Origin: Camelus dromedarius
Taxonomy: Eukaryota
Direction of reading: 5' to 3'
Assembly: GCF_036321535.1 (NCBI RefSeq)
Contig: NC_087436.1
Coordinates: 5,518,001 to 5,582,000 of the forward strand
Length of the DNA stretch: 64,000 nucleotides
The notes beneath the pieces were generated by a model, which had not been told where the DNA came from, did not search any database, and was given only the letters and a program-made list of their open reading frames with translations. The position numbers and the translations under genes are program-made. The stretch's first letter is position 1; the number at the start of each line of letters is the position of its first letter. Below are positions 24,066 to 39,279 of the stretch, piece by piece.

Positions 24066-27000
24066 GCCAATTGCCGTGTATAATTCAGTGCTATTTTGTT
24101 GAAGACTAATTTTTTACAAAATCACTGATTGCTAAATCTTTAAAAAATGAAACATATCTAATCTCCACAGTCCTTCAGCACCCTCTAGTTGCAAAATCTC
24201 AGCCATCTGAGTAGTTTTAAAATTTCCCCCCAAATCTATATTTGATGGGTTTCAAAATCCTGCTAGGATCCAGGGCAAAACATGTTAATGGAACTGTGTT
24301 AGGAAAAAAGAAAATGTCTTGGATAAGACTTCGACCGGTTAAAATTTGTATTATAATCATTATATTTGCTCATAATCTCTTTTCTTTATTCTTTCAAATT
24401 TCACTCATATCAGGGAGTTTGTTTTAGAACCAGAGTTGAAGCGGGAAAGGTACCAGATGGAAGGCAGGTCTCATTAGAGAAGATTTATTTCTTGAAAATA
24501 ATGTGAATTAATTACTTTCTGTAATACGATATTGTAGCCTCTTAAGATCAATTTTAATACCCAAATACATACAAATGGCTGTCCCAGGATTAAGTGCGCA
24601 TATATAGCTGCAAATGGAACATTCCATGGTGACCATGATGAAGTCCAGTTGGTGTCCGCTAACAGTTGCTTCATATTGTTACCTCGAGAGTCTAGTTACT
24701 TAACCCCAGGGTAGTCCTGATCTGTGTACTTCAAATAGTATGTCTTTCTAGGAAACGTGCAGTATATTTGCCTGGATATCAGCATCTCAAATTCATTGTT
24801 TCCAAAATTAAAAAAAAAAAAGATCTCCTTACAATTTGGTTGTTTCTTTCATTTTCCGTTTCTGATAGAGTCATCACTGTTCCCGTCGCCTGTGTTAAAT
24901 CTGCCTTCCTTTCCCACACGGTCAGTCATAGAGATTCTCACACCTGCCACCTCCTCTCCTTCTGGGGACGCCACCCGAAATCCGTGTCCCTTTCCCAGTC
25001 ATCAACTGTGACAGTGGTCCCCAACCCCACTCCTTTATAACTCTTATTTTTCAACTTGCTTTGTGATGTTCCTTTTTTAATTGCTAAGTAATACATGAAT
25101 ACCTGGATGGATTAAAGAACGAACAAGTGTGTTAAAAGTGAGGAAGCACTTCACGTTGCCATCACAGTCTCTTCTCTTCAAACTCTCGCCCAGTCCCCAG
25201 AGGTCGCCAGGGTCTTGTGAACATTCAGACTCACTCGGGGCATTTACAGCCTCTGTCTACTTTTTAAATATGAAACATAATTGAACATAATGGGGTTTAA
25301 TGTAAATGGGAATCTACTGGATGTATAGTTTTACAATTTGTTTATTTTTCATTTAATATGTTTCAGAGATCTTCCTATGTGGGCACATCCTGGATGTTTA
25401 TAAGCCTATCTTTGGCTATCCTTCTATATAGCATATAGAAGGTGGCTGAGCTTCGCTTCTTTTTAAACAGAAATTTTGATTGTTTTTCCTTTCTACTACA
25501 AAATAAGTTAATTGCAATAAATATTTTTGTGCACGTACGTGGCTATTTCTGTCAGGCAGATGCCACAATTTGAGGTGCTGAGTTGAAAGATGTATATGTT
25601 TTCAATTCCAGTGGTTTCTCCCAAATGTCCTTCCAAACGCCTCGAAGGTAGCTTTTTATGATCCTCCCACAGCCTGGTCTTCCTATAACCTGTTGTATGT
25701 TGACATATTACTTTGCTTTTTTAAAACCTTTTTTGACATTGTGTCAGACTTAAAAAACGTGCAAAAATATTACAAAGAATTTTTGTGCACCATTCATCCA
25801 GTTTCTCCAAACATTAGTATTTTATCACACGTGTTTTATTTTCCCTCCTACCGTGTGTGTGTGTGCATGCATGAGACACTAAAGTTGCAGATACGATGAT
25901 GTTCCCTTATATTTACACACTTTACTGTATGTTTCCTAAACCAAGACCTCCTTTCAGAGCCACCCTGGTACCAGGTACCCAGATGGGGAAACTGACATTG
26001 ACAAAATACTATAATCTAGAGACTTTATTCAAATTTGCCAATTGTCTCACTGTTTCTTTTTTTTTTTTCCTTTGGTTCATGATCCAATCCCTAGTATTAC
26101 ATTTTTAATTTACCTGTCATGGCATTAATTTCTTTAAAATAAAGCTGTGGTCACAGTATTTTGCTCAAACGTTTTTAGACCTTTGTGTTGCCAATGAACT
26201 ATAAAAAACACCTCTCTCTGACACATAAAATTCTCCTCGTTAGATGTTTAGCTTATTTTGTAGTCATTTCTCACACTGCCTGCATCTTAAACTCCAATCA
26301 GACTGAAGCTGACCTTTGTATATCACACTTAGCAGTGATGGCAGTTCTAAGTTCGGTCAGGTACCTTTCCTTTTGGGTAAGTGGTTAATTTTAAGTCTCA
26401 TTATTTCTTTGAAGTGGGCTGGTCTTGGATGCTGTGTCTTTAAATATTTATTTTAACTAATACGTTTTGACTCAATATTAAGTGTTTTTCAGGCTTATGT
26501 TTTCATCTCTATTGACTAATGAAATTAATATAGCCCAAAAAACATATGCAGTGTTCAAGCTCGGCTGCTCTAAAAACAACTCAATTATCTGTAGTAAGGG
26601 AAATTTCAGTCTGCACAAATAGTTGGACATAAAATTTTAAAGTACCAAGACTAAGATGACAAGTAGTTTGAAATCTTTTTTATAACCTTTAATCAAGATT
26701 TCTTGTTAGAATATTATTACCTTGCTTTAGAAAAGCAGATTTATTCCAACTATATTTTCTAATTAAATGCATATGTTTACACAGTATATCATTAATTTGG
26801 CATTCCCTAACTACCCCTCCACCCTTTTTTATGAAGCTAGTCTTAAACTTTTAAGAGGTTAGGGTTGAGTTCTTCAAAGCATTAGACATGTCAATTGGGC
26901 AAATATACTTTACAGATTTTCTTGTGATTAAAATTAGTGGATAATGTGGATACCATACTCAGGGTTGGTTATAATTTCAATATCTACATATATACGTATA

Positions 27001-28859
27001 AACTTGATATTTTGCATTTAATACATTTTATATTTTCTCTACATATATATATACACATACATACATATATATACATATGCATTATTTAATTTTGTCCTTA
27101 ACCAGCAAAAGCAAGGAGAAAATTAATAAATTCTGTTCCAGCTGGAATTTCTGTATTCCAGACAATAACTGCATTTTCACTCCTGTAAATATTTTTGAAT
27201 TTCTCGCACTCAAGGATCACACCCAAAACAGTTCTTTCAAAATCTTCTCAGTATAAAATACTGAACAAAAAAAAAATTGTAAAACAGTAAATGCTTACTG
27301 AGTACTTAATATGTTAAAGGTATTGTGTTAGCCAAAAATTGTTAGGACGAATAAAATGCATAAGAAAGGATAGACTCTTAAATGGTAAGTCAAGAGTGTA
27401 AGAACAGAAAGTATGCTGATTAGACAAACCACCTTGGTGCAAATCAGAATACCTACTGCGTATCATTAAAAAGCATAAGAGAAGGGACAAAAATCAATCA
27501 TTTGTCTGAAAGGAAAAGACAGAAAAATAAGTAAGAAATACTTAAATGTAGAGAAACAAAAGGCCAATTTTCTAGAGGTCCTAGAATTTTGAAGCTAGAC
27601 ATGAACTGTTACAGAAATCAGGAATTGTAAAGTGCAGAAACAGAGCAATAAAAAATATTAAGGTGCTATTGGAATTTTATTTCCTAGTTCACGTTGCTGA
27701 GAGGATAATGAACAGCAAAGCAAAAATGTCCCTTTGCTGATGAGGTAACACACTTCACCTAGTGTTTGTTTCTTAACTGAAACTCCCATCTGATCTTAAT
27801 CCTATACCTTGAAACAATTTTCAGTAAATCCCAATTTGCAGCCCGAGGCAGTGGCTGTTCCATTAAGATGATCACAGGGAGGTGACCAGAAGGAGTCGGA
27901 CCTCTCTAAGATTTAGCAAGAATGCAGTCAAATGGCAGGTCCTTCCCCAATTACCTCATCAAACAGAGGTTTTATTAGTCAATTAACATTGCCTCACCCT
28001 CTGTCCCGGCTGACACGGAACAGAAACCTCATTTTGCAAAATGGTAAACAAGAGGAAGAGGTAAATGATTTTAGCTTTTGGAAAGCTCAGCTACGTTTAT
28101 TGTATGTTCTCAAGGGATGTTCTTTTAAGCATTTATTGGAGCTGGAAATGTAGCAGGAGGAACAGGACACTTAACAATAGTACACACTCTGGTCCTTCTC
28201 TTCCAGGACCAGGACCTCACGCCACGGAGATTTGAGAAACCACCGAAACATCATATCTCCCTCCTTACTAACAAACTTACACATTTTAAAAATAAATCTA
28301 ACGATCTGCAGGTTGGTCAGCTGCAAAGATGATCTTTAACGTATTAATAGGGAGAATATGACATAGAACTCGTTAAGAGGGAATGCCTGATAAATTTCAC
28401 CGCGGACTATTAAAAAGCCTCTTTCTGAACACATCTGCCCTTCTCTGCTTTATTCATTTGTGTTGTACTCAAAAGCCCTTTCATGCAAAAATCGCTTGAG
28501 TCTCCAATCAGTCCACTGGCATCTTGGGAGCGTTCGAATTTCCAGCGAAGTAACTTCAGTGTCCAAATGAAAATGAGGAATTTCCTAAAGGGCGTAGATA
28601 GGACATGCATCACACAGAAATGATCCAAGGGTCTCCACTACGTCAAGAGCCAGTCCTGTATGAGAATCCAGAGGGAGGCAGGCGAGGGGAGAAGGACGTC
28701 TGGGCTGGAAGGAGCACGTGTGGGTTACCGTGCGTACACAACCCCGCAAAACTTGTCAGAGTCTTTTTCTCAATTACCCAATTTTTAAAGAGGGAGTAAA
28801 AATACTATAAAAGAATTATCGACTGCAATATGTTAAGTCTGTCTTTTAGAGTGGTTACA

Positions 28860-29080
28860 GGCCAGGACTTGGAAGGAGCTGTCTAGCCAGCGTTCTATTT
28901 ACGAGTGTAAATCTTGGCAATTGTTTTTTAAAACATCCTGAGCCTCAGTTTCCCCATTCAGAAAACACGAGTGATGATGACAACCTCCTATTATGATGAT
29001 GAGGATTTAATGTGTCATTTACTGTAAGGCTCTCAGCAGGTACCCAGCACACAGTAAGTGCGCAATAAATCACAATCATT
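28860..29080 (+). mobile_element. MIR SINE
   Basis: ctgagcctcagtttccccattc core and gcacacagtaagtgcgcaataaat tail. Confidence 0.8.
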
Positions 29081-30039
29081 ATCTCTGCCTCCTACGGCTG
29101 CTACTATGTCTGCGTCAGCTCTCGCGAGAAAACTACTTCCAAAGCAGTTTCTGTTTTTCAAATAATTTTTATTAGCATAATGGGTGTTTGGCTAAAAAAA
29201 TACACTGACATCCATAATCATTGGAGATCAGTCTTGAATATAACACAATTTAAGAAGAGGAGCAGTAGCAGGAACCACAAAATGCGTATTAAAGTATACT
29301 TGGAATGTATCAAGGTACCCTTAGAATATTTACTTGGAGGATCCGTGATTTAAGAATTAGGTTGTGGGTGATGCAAGGCCCCTAATGCAGAATCCACATA
29401 GTGAAAGGTCAGCTTTTACATTTATCCATATAAAAAGAGAACTTAAAAAATGAGATTTCAGAATTTAAAAAGAAAGAATGGGTAAAAGAACTTCTTGGCT
29501 AGATTAAACATGCTGTATAAATCAAGCCTCATCCGCTCACGTGTGTGTGGCAATAATTCACGTACTGTACAACCTCTTACAGCTCCTGCGTGTAGAGTAC
29601 TAATAGACGATTAATGCCCAAAATTATCATCCTGGAAAAGTGCATGATTCAGCAATTCTTTCTGAAATGTAGAAAGAACACTAAATTACATTCAATAGAA
29701 TTGTCATGTTGACGTATTTCATTGTGTTCTAATTCTTTGAAGGCTGATAATCCAACTACTGAACATAATGGTTATTCTCAATTAATCAAAATATCTGATT
29801 AAGTCAATTCTGTATAAATGATAATGTGTTACATTCTGAATTCATATTAAAAATGTATGAGGCCAACCTCTAAGTAATAAAGCCATCTTTAATGTTCCTT
29901 AAGGCAATATATCTTATATTATAGCCACAATATTTGTCCATTTACTGAAGACACATTTGTTAAACACACAACATAAATATAATGCTGGGAAGACATTAGA
30001 TTTTTAAAATATCATTATATATGTGTATGTGTCATCTAA

Positions 30040-30360
30040 AAAAAAAAGACACAAATGATCTTATTTATTAGACAGAAACAGACTTACAGACAGAAAATAA
30101 ATTTATGGTTACCAGGGGGGAAAAGAGGTGGGAAGGGATAAACTGAGAGTTTGGGATCAGCAGATACACACTACTGTATATACAATACTGTACAAGCACC
30201 TACTGTACAGCACAAGGAACTATATTCAGATCTTGAAGTAACCTACAATAAAAAACATGCAAAGGAATATATGTGTGTTCATGTATGACCAAACCATGAT
30301 GCTGTACACCAGTGCTGTACACTGATCATACTTCAATAAAAAAGAAAGAAAAATAAATAA
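30040..30360 (+). mobile_element. L1 3'-end fragment
   Basis: acaaatgatcttattta...gacttacagacagaaaataaatttatggttacc...gctgtacaccag...cttcaataaaaaaag with an A-rich tail. Confidence 0.85.
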
Positions 30361-31383
30361 TAATCTAAATGCAAAAAAAAAAATATATGAATGTGTATGT
30401 ATGTGTGTGTATAGGTTTAGGTCAATATAGGTATATATGCGTCTATATGCGTGTATATACATACATATAGTGCGTACCATTAATTGGTGTTTTATTTGCA
30501 ACTAAGACACACTACATTTTTGCCCTCTGGGAAGTCCTACAAGGCACCTACTTTATGTCTTTCTGGAATAGTTTCACATGAAGGTTACATTTGAGGTCTT
30601 GGAGGGAATGCCTATTTAAAGCTCAAATAAAATAAGGGTGTGCTAATTGACAGGAACCAGATGGCCCGTAGGGGGAAAAACCTATTCTCAACAGATTGTT
30701 CCATTTATTTATTTACATGCAAGTCATTGAAAACCCCCCTCCTTGTGTATACCTTGGGTTTGCTCGCCCCATCTTGTAAATGGACTGTCCCTGCCCTGCC
30801 CCATCATTCTATCATCAGGAACAACTCCTCTTTCCTCCCTGCCAGTGGTTTGGGAAGGAAACACACCCCTTCACCTCACTCTTCACTCAGTCTCGTGCCT
30901 TTGGATTCACATGGAATTCAGGCTGAATGGAACTCCGTCTGCACAGGCCAAGTCCCTCCCCGTCCAGGGTCTTGGCATGTGCAGAGCCTCCTGGGATGCG
31001 AGGATACCCAGCCCTGCATCCACAAGCCGCCGCCACCCACACCGCAGCCTGACCCCAAGTCCTCGGTGTGGTCGCTCCCCTCCCCGTGAGCAGCTCCTGT
31101 CCTTCCTGCCCGCCTGTTTCCTGCGCACCCTCTGGGACATCCACACCTGTGTGCTGCAAACCTTAGCATCCTGAAGCCTCCTGTTTTGTTCCCTCCCCTG
31201 CCTCCCCTGGACTTAATCAGAACTCTCCAGAGAACCACTCAAGTTAGAGATTAAACCAGGAAACAGCTCCCACTGTGTGCATGTCAAGTGGTCCCTGTTA
31301 ATTTTCGCTCGCCATCCAGGGACAAGGGACTGGAAGCAGCATTTTTCTGGCTCTGATGATGCGCCCAGATGATGTCTCTAGCA

Positions 31384-31744
31384 TGTGCCTTGGTCAGCTC
31401 TGGCCTTTCAGCAGATGACCATAGACGGGGAGGTTTACACAACACGCTGCCCATGGTTCTGGAGACTGGTGGTCTGAGGTCACTGTGCCAGCATGCCAGG
31501 ATCTGGGTGATGCCCTCCTCCTGGTTCACAGTGGGCTCTTCCTGTGGGTCTGCATGTGGCAACAGGACAGATGGCTGGGTCTCCCCCTTCTGGTGTAAAA
31601 CCACTAATCCCATTTGTGAGGGCCCCATCCTCCTGACCTATCACCTCCCCAAAACCTCCATCTCCAAATACTTTCATGTGAGGATTACAATGTCAACATC
31701 TCAACACGTGAATTTTGGGGGGAACAGACAACGACAACATTGCA
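31384..31744 (-). mobile_element. MaLR solo LTR (MLT1A-like)
   Basis: ~360 bp with characteristic motifs ggttctggagactgg, cactaatcccatttgtgagggcccc, tcacctccccaaaacctccatctccaaatac and gtgaattttgggggg. Confidence 0.75.
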
Positions 31745-32189
31745 CTATATAAAACCCTTTTCATTGGAAGCTTGAACTGTCTCCCTATATAGTATGCTTT
31801 TAAGTGCATGTGTGCATGTGTGTGTGCATGTGTGTCTATGAGAGAGATGGGCTGAGAGAGAGAGAGATGGGTCCAAGGCAGAAAGCCAGAAAAATGGTAA
31901 AGGAAATATGATAATTACTTATATCCCAACACTGAGAATTAAATCATTTTAACCTTCCAGCATATTTGCTTTCAGTTTTGTTTACTTAATTCTCTTTATC
32001 AATAAATAATATATGAATACTTTGTCTTTGAAAAAAGTTACAACCTTAAAGGTAAACTTGAGAGCGTCATCACGTCTAAGCCTTCATCTTGTTCCTCCGC
32101 AGTTATACCTAGAGGCAATTGCGACTGTCAGTTTGGTTGCATTTTTCCAAAAAAATTTAATAATATTTTAAAGAAAAAACGTACAAATA

Positions 32190-34030
32190 TTAATGTCTTT
32201 AAATTTACACAAATGCTGTCTAACTATATACATCACTCACTGCATTAGGTTTTTTGAGAGCTATTCACTTAGATACCCAGATTATTTCATCGTATGCATG
32301 TATTACATTTTATTTAATGAAAAATATTTGTATTGTTTCAAAATGTTCATCATTTCAAACAATGCTGAAATAAACATTCTTGTTTATATGTTCTCGTATT
32401 TGTGGGAGAATGACTCTGTGTAGTCAATACTGCAGAGAGCACCCTTCATGCAGTTAAAAAATTAATTGCTAATACAATTTTTGTACAGAGTGACTATATC
32501 AGTTTATACTCCTGCCAATATTGTAAGAAAGAATTTATTTCCCATCCTCCGCTAAACTAATGGTGTAGCTGGAATTTAACATTTAGAGATTTTGCCAGGC
32601 TAAAATGCTGAATAAACTCATTGTCCCAGTTTGCAACTATTGACACGATTATATTGTTTTTATCTGATGAACTATTACATAATTACTATGTTAAAAGATT
32701 TTCTGAGATAAGCTGTTTTTGTCTGTGATGCATTATTTTCAAGAGTTATGTGAATTGTTATATCTGTATTTATAAATGAGACTGACCAATAATATCATTT
32801 TCTTATGTCATCCATATTCTGTTCATGCCAAGATTACACTATTCTCATAAAATGCATTGAGTGTCTTTATATTTCTTTCTAGACTCTGGAAGAAATTAAA
32901 CAAGGCTGGAGTTAAGGGTTCTTTGACTTTTCTAAAACTCCCATGAAACAGATCCAGCCTTGTGTTACTGACGGTAGGTTTAGGGACACTTACAATTTTT
33001 ACGACTCAGCATATTTTTTAAAAAAGGACATATTTGTCTATTCAGATCTTTTTTCCGTCTCAGATGAAGTTTGATAACATTTTTCTTTGGGAAATTATCC
33101 ATTGTATTTGATTTTTAAATTAATGACAGCTATGTGTGAAATAATGTCTTGAGACATCTAAAATCTCTATGATTATCCACATCACTTTTAATCTTAGGGA
33201 TATTTTCTCATGTGGTCTCTCTTTTTAATCACACTTAACAGAGGTTTTTAATTTTGTTAGCCTTTCAAAGAATCCATTTATTTTTATTGATTTGATGTGT
33301 GAGGTTGTACTTCATCCATTTCTTCTTTTCTCTCCAGTAATTTCCTTCCTTCTATTTTCCTTGGATTTATTTTGTTGTTCTTTCCAAAACTTCTTGATCT
33401 AAATGTTTATTCCATGTGTTTCCAACCATTCATATTTTCCAAATGCATCCAAAGCTGTAAATTCCTCCCTAAGTACTGGAGCAGGCCACACATTTTATAT
33501 AGATTTTTGTTGAAGTTCAGCTATAAATGCTCTTAAGTTTATTTTTAATTTATTCCATAACCTAAAACTATTTAGGAATGTGACTTCTGGAATCCAAATT
33601 CATGGGGTGTTTGGCTGTCATTGTATTAGGGACATGGTTTTTTTTTTTTTAATTACTTTCTTTTTTTTTTTAAGATGCAAACCACTCAGAACTGTTCACA
33701 AATGAGAATGTGTATCTTAGTTTTCTTTGAATTACCTAGTTAAAACTTAAATATATAAATATGCATGTGCTCGTATGTGTATGTGTGTAGCCAACCATTT
33801 TTTAAGTTCCTAAACTTTCTCCATTTTTTGTTGAAGTATAGTCAGTTTGCAACGTTGTATGAATTTCTGGTGTACGGCATAATGTTTCAGTCACATTATC
33901 GATTTCTTATTTTACTGTATGTGATTGGTGAACATAATCTGTGAAAAAAAGTGCTTAAAATTTGTTATTGTCTCCTCATAGTTCTATTAAATTTGGCTCT
34001 GTGTATTTTGAGGCTTTATGAATATTTCTC
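32190..34030 (-). mobile_element. Highly decayed old L1 fragments
   Basis: Antisense L1-like motifs (aacaatgctgaaataaacattcttg, tttgttagcctttcaaagaatcca, aaagctgtaaattcctccctaagtactg). A younger L1 3' piece lies at ~33828-33895. Confidence 0.55.
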
Positions 34031-35864
34031 TCTGTATACATTTTATATATGTGGATAATCTATATATAATCAACTTATATATAGTTCTGTGGGCCCATCC
34101 TTCAACTCTGATGTGATTTTATGTGGCGCGATCACACCTGAGTCTCTTCAGAGGAGGGATCTGGACACCGACGTGGTCCTGGGAGGGCCCCCACTTCACG
34201 TCCCGTCCTGTCAGGGCAGCCTGAGGCCAGGCACTGACTGTGGGGGTCTCGGAAGACCAGATCCTTGGCTCGGAGGTGGGACCTCTGTTCCTGAGCTCTC
34301 AGAAGGACCAGGTTGACTCCGGGACTCCCCAGAAGTTGCACCCTCCTGGGCTCGTTCCCTTACCTCCTCTGGTTCCTCATGAGGGTTCTCCCCACATCAC
34401 TTGCAGTTGGATCTGTGACTGTGGAATTTGGAGGCCTGGAGGCACCTGACCAATATCCAGTTCCTGCCATCCGTCCTTCTGGGCAAGGTTCATGTCTTAG
34501 CGGAGGGACAGAGAGGCAGACGGGCTGGGTTTAGACCTCGGACTTTCGTCTGACGGCCACTGCGCACATCACAGCATCCCTGCCCCTGCTGACCTCGGGT
34601 GCAGCCTCGGAATTCGCCACAACACGCTTCAGAAAACCACAGAAAATCCTTGATTGTTTTAACTGTGTGACCTCAATATAAAACAACAGTGATAAATAAT
34701 AGCAAACCTGCCCTTTTAACTGCTTAGTCTCCCCTGCCTCACCGCCTAGAGAATTTTCAGTGTCAATAAGATTAAATCCGTGCCACGCTCTCCGCCGCAC
34801 GGTCCACCTGTAAGTGAGCGCACACTGACGCTGTCTTCTCTGTTTTCATGAAAGGACTCTGCAGCGACGTGGTCAGAGAGAGAGGACACGTTGTTTTCTC
34901 GCATGATCACTGGGGTATCTTGGAGCAACCACCAGTTTACTGGCATGTGACCCTTGCTCTCGCTTGAATTGCAACAGTTAAATCGAGTTCGGAATTAAGT
35001 GTATTGGAAGATGTGGGCCTTCCTTCTGCTCCTTCAGGTGACAGCATCAAATTGGCATGTCTGATAACCACTCCTTAAAGGGCGGTCCTCCTCTCTTGAC
35101 CACAGCGCCTGTTTCATTCTTCTTGTGACTTACATAGGCTTGCATATTTTCTTGTTACTGTTGGACTCCATCTCAAAGAAAATATTCTATAAAAATGTCG
35201 TAAGAACAGGGAGCACACCTGGCTTGTTTGTCATTGTACTTTCAACAGTCCATTGCTTGGCTCAGAGGAGGAACTCAACAAACACGTGGTAAACAAGTGA
35301 ACGCTGGTCGAAACTGTAGGAAGAGGGATTTGTGAGGGCTGGTCTGTGTGCCGGAACACACACGCAGTTCAGGAACTGAGAATCCCGTCTGATTGCTCAC
35401 CACTGCAATTTCATTTTGCCCTTATGTTACTCTGTAGATTAGCAAGAGATTTGGGGTCTAAAGGAAACACACACATCCATGGCATGGTTGGCTTTAGGAG
35501 TGAGAGACAATCTGTGTTTTTATCCCTGGGCTGTCCCTTTCTAGTTCAGGGTTACTTAAATTTCAGGGCCCAGTTTATTCCTCTTTAAAATAAAATCACG
35601 TGGAATAGGGTTACAGCAAAGATAGCGTGAGGTAAAATGTTTAACTTCCAGTATCTGGCACACAGTAAGTACTCAATAGACATAGCTGTTCCAGAACTTT
35701 CCACATACAATATTTTTCCCTTTCATACACCATGAGGATAAAAGGAATAAAGTCATATTACTCCTGTATGTAACATAATTATCTATACTAGTGTGAGCAC
35801 AAAATTGCTTATCTGAATATTAAACCCTTGGTTCTAAAATGAGACATAAACCTGGAGTTCACCC

Positions 35865-36180
35865 CACAAATGAACTCATTTATGAAACAGAAAAAGACTC
35901 ACAGACACAGAAAACAAACTTACGGTTACCAGAGGGGAAGGGGCGGGAGGGATAAATCAGGAGTTTGGGATTAGCAGATACACATGACTATATGTAAAAC
36001 AGATAAACAACAAGCTCCGACTTTATAGCACAGGGAAATACATTCAATAGCTTCTAATAACCTATAATGGAAAATGATCTGAAAAAGAATATATATGTGT
36101 GTAACTGAATCACTGTGCTGGACACCAGAAATTAACACAACTCTGTAAATCAACTTTACTTCAATTAAGAAAAAAAAAAG
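35865..36180 (+). mobile_element. L1 3'-end fragment
   Basis: acaaatgaactcatttatgaaacagaaaaagactcacagacacagaaaacaaacttacggttacc...cttcaattaagaaaaaaaaa. Confidence 0.88.
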
Positions 36181-38529
36181 ACTAGAGATCATTCGGCCCA
36201 TCGTTCCACTAGACGATTTCAGGATTAATGATCAAAGTTTATTGTTCATATTTTTTTGGCAACTCATAAAATAATTTCGAAACATGGCTGGATTTTGAAA
36301 GCTGCTTTGAGATTTATACACCCAACGTCGTGGAGAGTAAACACAAAAACACCATTTAAAGAATGCCGTGGATGTGTGTTTCCCTTAGACCCGAAACCCC
36401 TTGCTAATCTATAGAGAAACCTGAGCTGTGTAAATTTTACTCTAGCTAAACTTGGCCTTCTCCCAGTACCTTGCCATTATCGTAACTGGAAAGCAAGGAG
36501 TTTGGTTACTGTGTACATTTGCAAAGAAGGCTATTTGAGAAGGTCCGATATTTCTCGTTAACTCTAGAAGCTGCTTGGAAGTCAAGTGTTCAAAAGGTGG
36601 CCCTTACCTGGGATTGTTGCCATCCTAATGCAGTAAATGCTGTTTCCATTTCATTGTTTTTCTGCTTTAAAGCGGGCTTTAATGTTTGCAGACACATTTT
36701 AGCTATGTAATTCTTTCTTTTTCTGTTCCCTGTTTAGAATTTGAAGAGGGGAACTATTTTAATATTTGGAAATACGGCAACTGAAAGAGAAATTTGATAT
36801 TGGTGTCAGCTGGACTGTGGCACTGACCAAGGTATGGTAACAAATGGAGAGTGTGATTTCCACTCAACAGTTGTAAGGAAGGCATAAGGAGAGTCCACTG
36901 TACCTTATTTTGCAAAATTAAGTTGAATCTACGCCCTCGCTTTGCCCAGGGGGTGAGAAATTCAATTCTGTCATATCTTGAGGGCCCCTCCCCTTTCACT
37001 CCATGGACTGGAGATCTTAGCAATGCTGGGAAAACAGGCGAAAGAACTCCCGTGTCCCAGGCACAAGTCCGCTTCTGAGTCAGGCGGCTTTCCAGATGTG
37101 AGAAGCTGCATTCGTCCACGCGAGCCCGAGCACATCTTTGCGCAGACCCCAGGGTCTTGTGCTTAGGGTGGTCCATCCCGCCAAGCCCCCACGCCACCCT
37201 GTTCTGGCTTCTGTCCGCTCTCGTGTCCTTCTGTACCTTTCCCAGCCTTGTGAAGAACCCCTCTCCTCGCTACTCTCGTGAAAAATAATCAAATCCAATA
37301 AACAGAACACCCATCTCTATCCTTCACCTCAGAGAAATCGTCTAGCAGTTTAGACCTTTTCAGCCTTAATTTGCCACTAACTTCAGAGCCACACCCTTCA
37401 ATTTACGACAGTTTAATCCAAAACCCATTATATCTGACCCCAGGGTGAGGGCCTCTTTCTGCCTCCAGGACTCGAAGCCCAGCAAAACATTTCAAAGGGG
37501 GTTTGAGCGCAAGAGAAAGAAAATAGCTCTCATACTTTAGGAATCTTCTATAGGAGAGAGAACAAAACATACGTTTTTATCTCTATAAATTATCTCGCTG
37601 CTAATGGTACCAGGACTTCTTGCCGTTAACATCGGCTCTGTGATGCATTCCAGTGGAAAGGAATGTTAATAGCACATCTGAATGAGGCTTTTGTGTATGA
37701 TCTGACAGAAGCATTTTTCTAAAATTAATAATGAATTCTACAGATCGTGCAAACTTCAAGTTAACTTTTAAGACTTCAGCAGATTGGGGTCCTTATTTCT
37801 GTAAGTAACTTTGATCCATAGGTGAAATACGATGAACTCTAACTGGAATTTTTGCTTTAATGTCACCACCTGAAAAACATTTTTTGGCTGCGACTTTAAC
37901 GCATTCACTCATCCATACATGGCACAGAGCAACAAAAATCTGTCATTAAAACTATACCGTACAGACACGGCCGTTTTAGTGCTGGGTGAGGGGTCGCACG
38001 CAAAACAAACGAAAAACAACCGACAGCAAAAACAAAAATCTTGTTGTTCCGTTACGACATAACATTTTGTTTAAGTTTTAAAAATAGCAATCCAACCACA
38101 ATGTATTTTAGCATAGTCCTATAAAAGAAACCTAATTAGGGCTGCCGAAAGGAGAATGCTGAACAAGAATGTTTGTGGGCTAAAAATTCTTTTATGGAAC
38201 TCATTGGCGGTATCAAACACAGAACTATTTATGATGTTATAAAACGGCTGAGAACAGAGCGGGTATTCAGGGCCTCTGAGGGTTTATTTGGGCCTCAAAA
38301 CACTTTAGTGGCCTTGAACTTCTCTTGAGCTGTGCACGTAGGAGGAAGTGATGCTGTTCCAACTGCGTTTACGGTGGAATTTATACAAAGTTCAAGGAAC
38401 AGCCTTTGACACGAACAGGAGGCCAGAGTCATAGCAAATTATATCGAAGTGATCAAATCAATGTAAGTGTTTCTACGGTGAGAGAAAGCAATTTTCTGTA
38501 TAAAGTCATAGAATTTCTCCTTTCTTAGA

Positions 38530-38985
38530 GTTGCCTTTTGCCCCCCCCCCCATATTTATCCACTCTGGTGGACATGCCGATGTCTCTGCTTTGCACTCCC
38601 CCCAACGCCGACAGGTAATGGTACCCACACATCCACTAACTCTCCGGCTTTAGTGGTGAGTCCCAAACCAACCACTGTATTTCTTCTTTCCTGGACTCAG
38701 GCATTGGATGAAAACTGACCATGTGACCTACAGGAGCCAATGAGGATAAACCTCAGGACGTCTTGGAATGATGCAACAAAACTGCTTTCTTCCCAGCTGC
38801 AGGAAGCACCAGTTTCTACTATCGTATGAATTCATCTTAAACTTAAAGCTGAGGGAAAGAAAATCGGAGTGATTGGGTCAACCCAGTCCTACTAGAACTC
38901 TGGATTTATAATTCTGTGAACCAATATATTTATCTTATTTTTAAGGCAGTTGGAGCTGAATTTTTGTTGTTGCTATTTGCATAAA
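38530..38985 (+). mobile_element. Old MaLR (MLT1-type) LTR remnant
   Basis: 3' end motif tgtgaaccaatatatttatcttatttttaaggcagttggagctgaatttttgttg...ttgca, and internal catgtgacctacaggagccaatga. Confidence 0.55.
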
Positions 38986-39279
38986 ACTTCATGAACTTAG
39001 CGACCAAATTAATATTTTTTTGACAAGGAAACTTTTATTCCCTCCTGCCTCATTCAGATATAATGAGAACTTAAGCACTGCTATATTAAATTAGATTAAA
39101 TTTTTCTGGTGCCTTTGGTCTCTGATAGTTATGTAACTTTATTTTTCCCCTTCAAAAAACAGCTTTTCTAAAATGTGTGACCGAGCTGTAGATATTTCTT
39201 CAAAGACACAAAATCCTTGCAGTAACCTCTCTGTTCTCTGCTCATGCAGAAGTGGAATTTAACCCCCACAGAAAGATTC

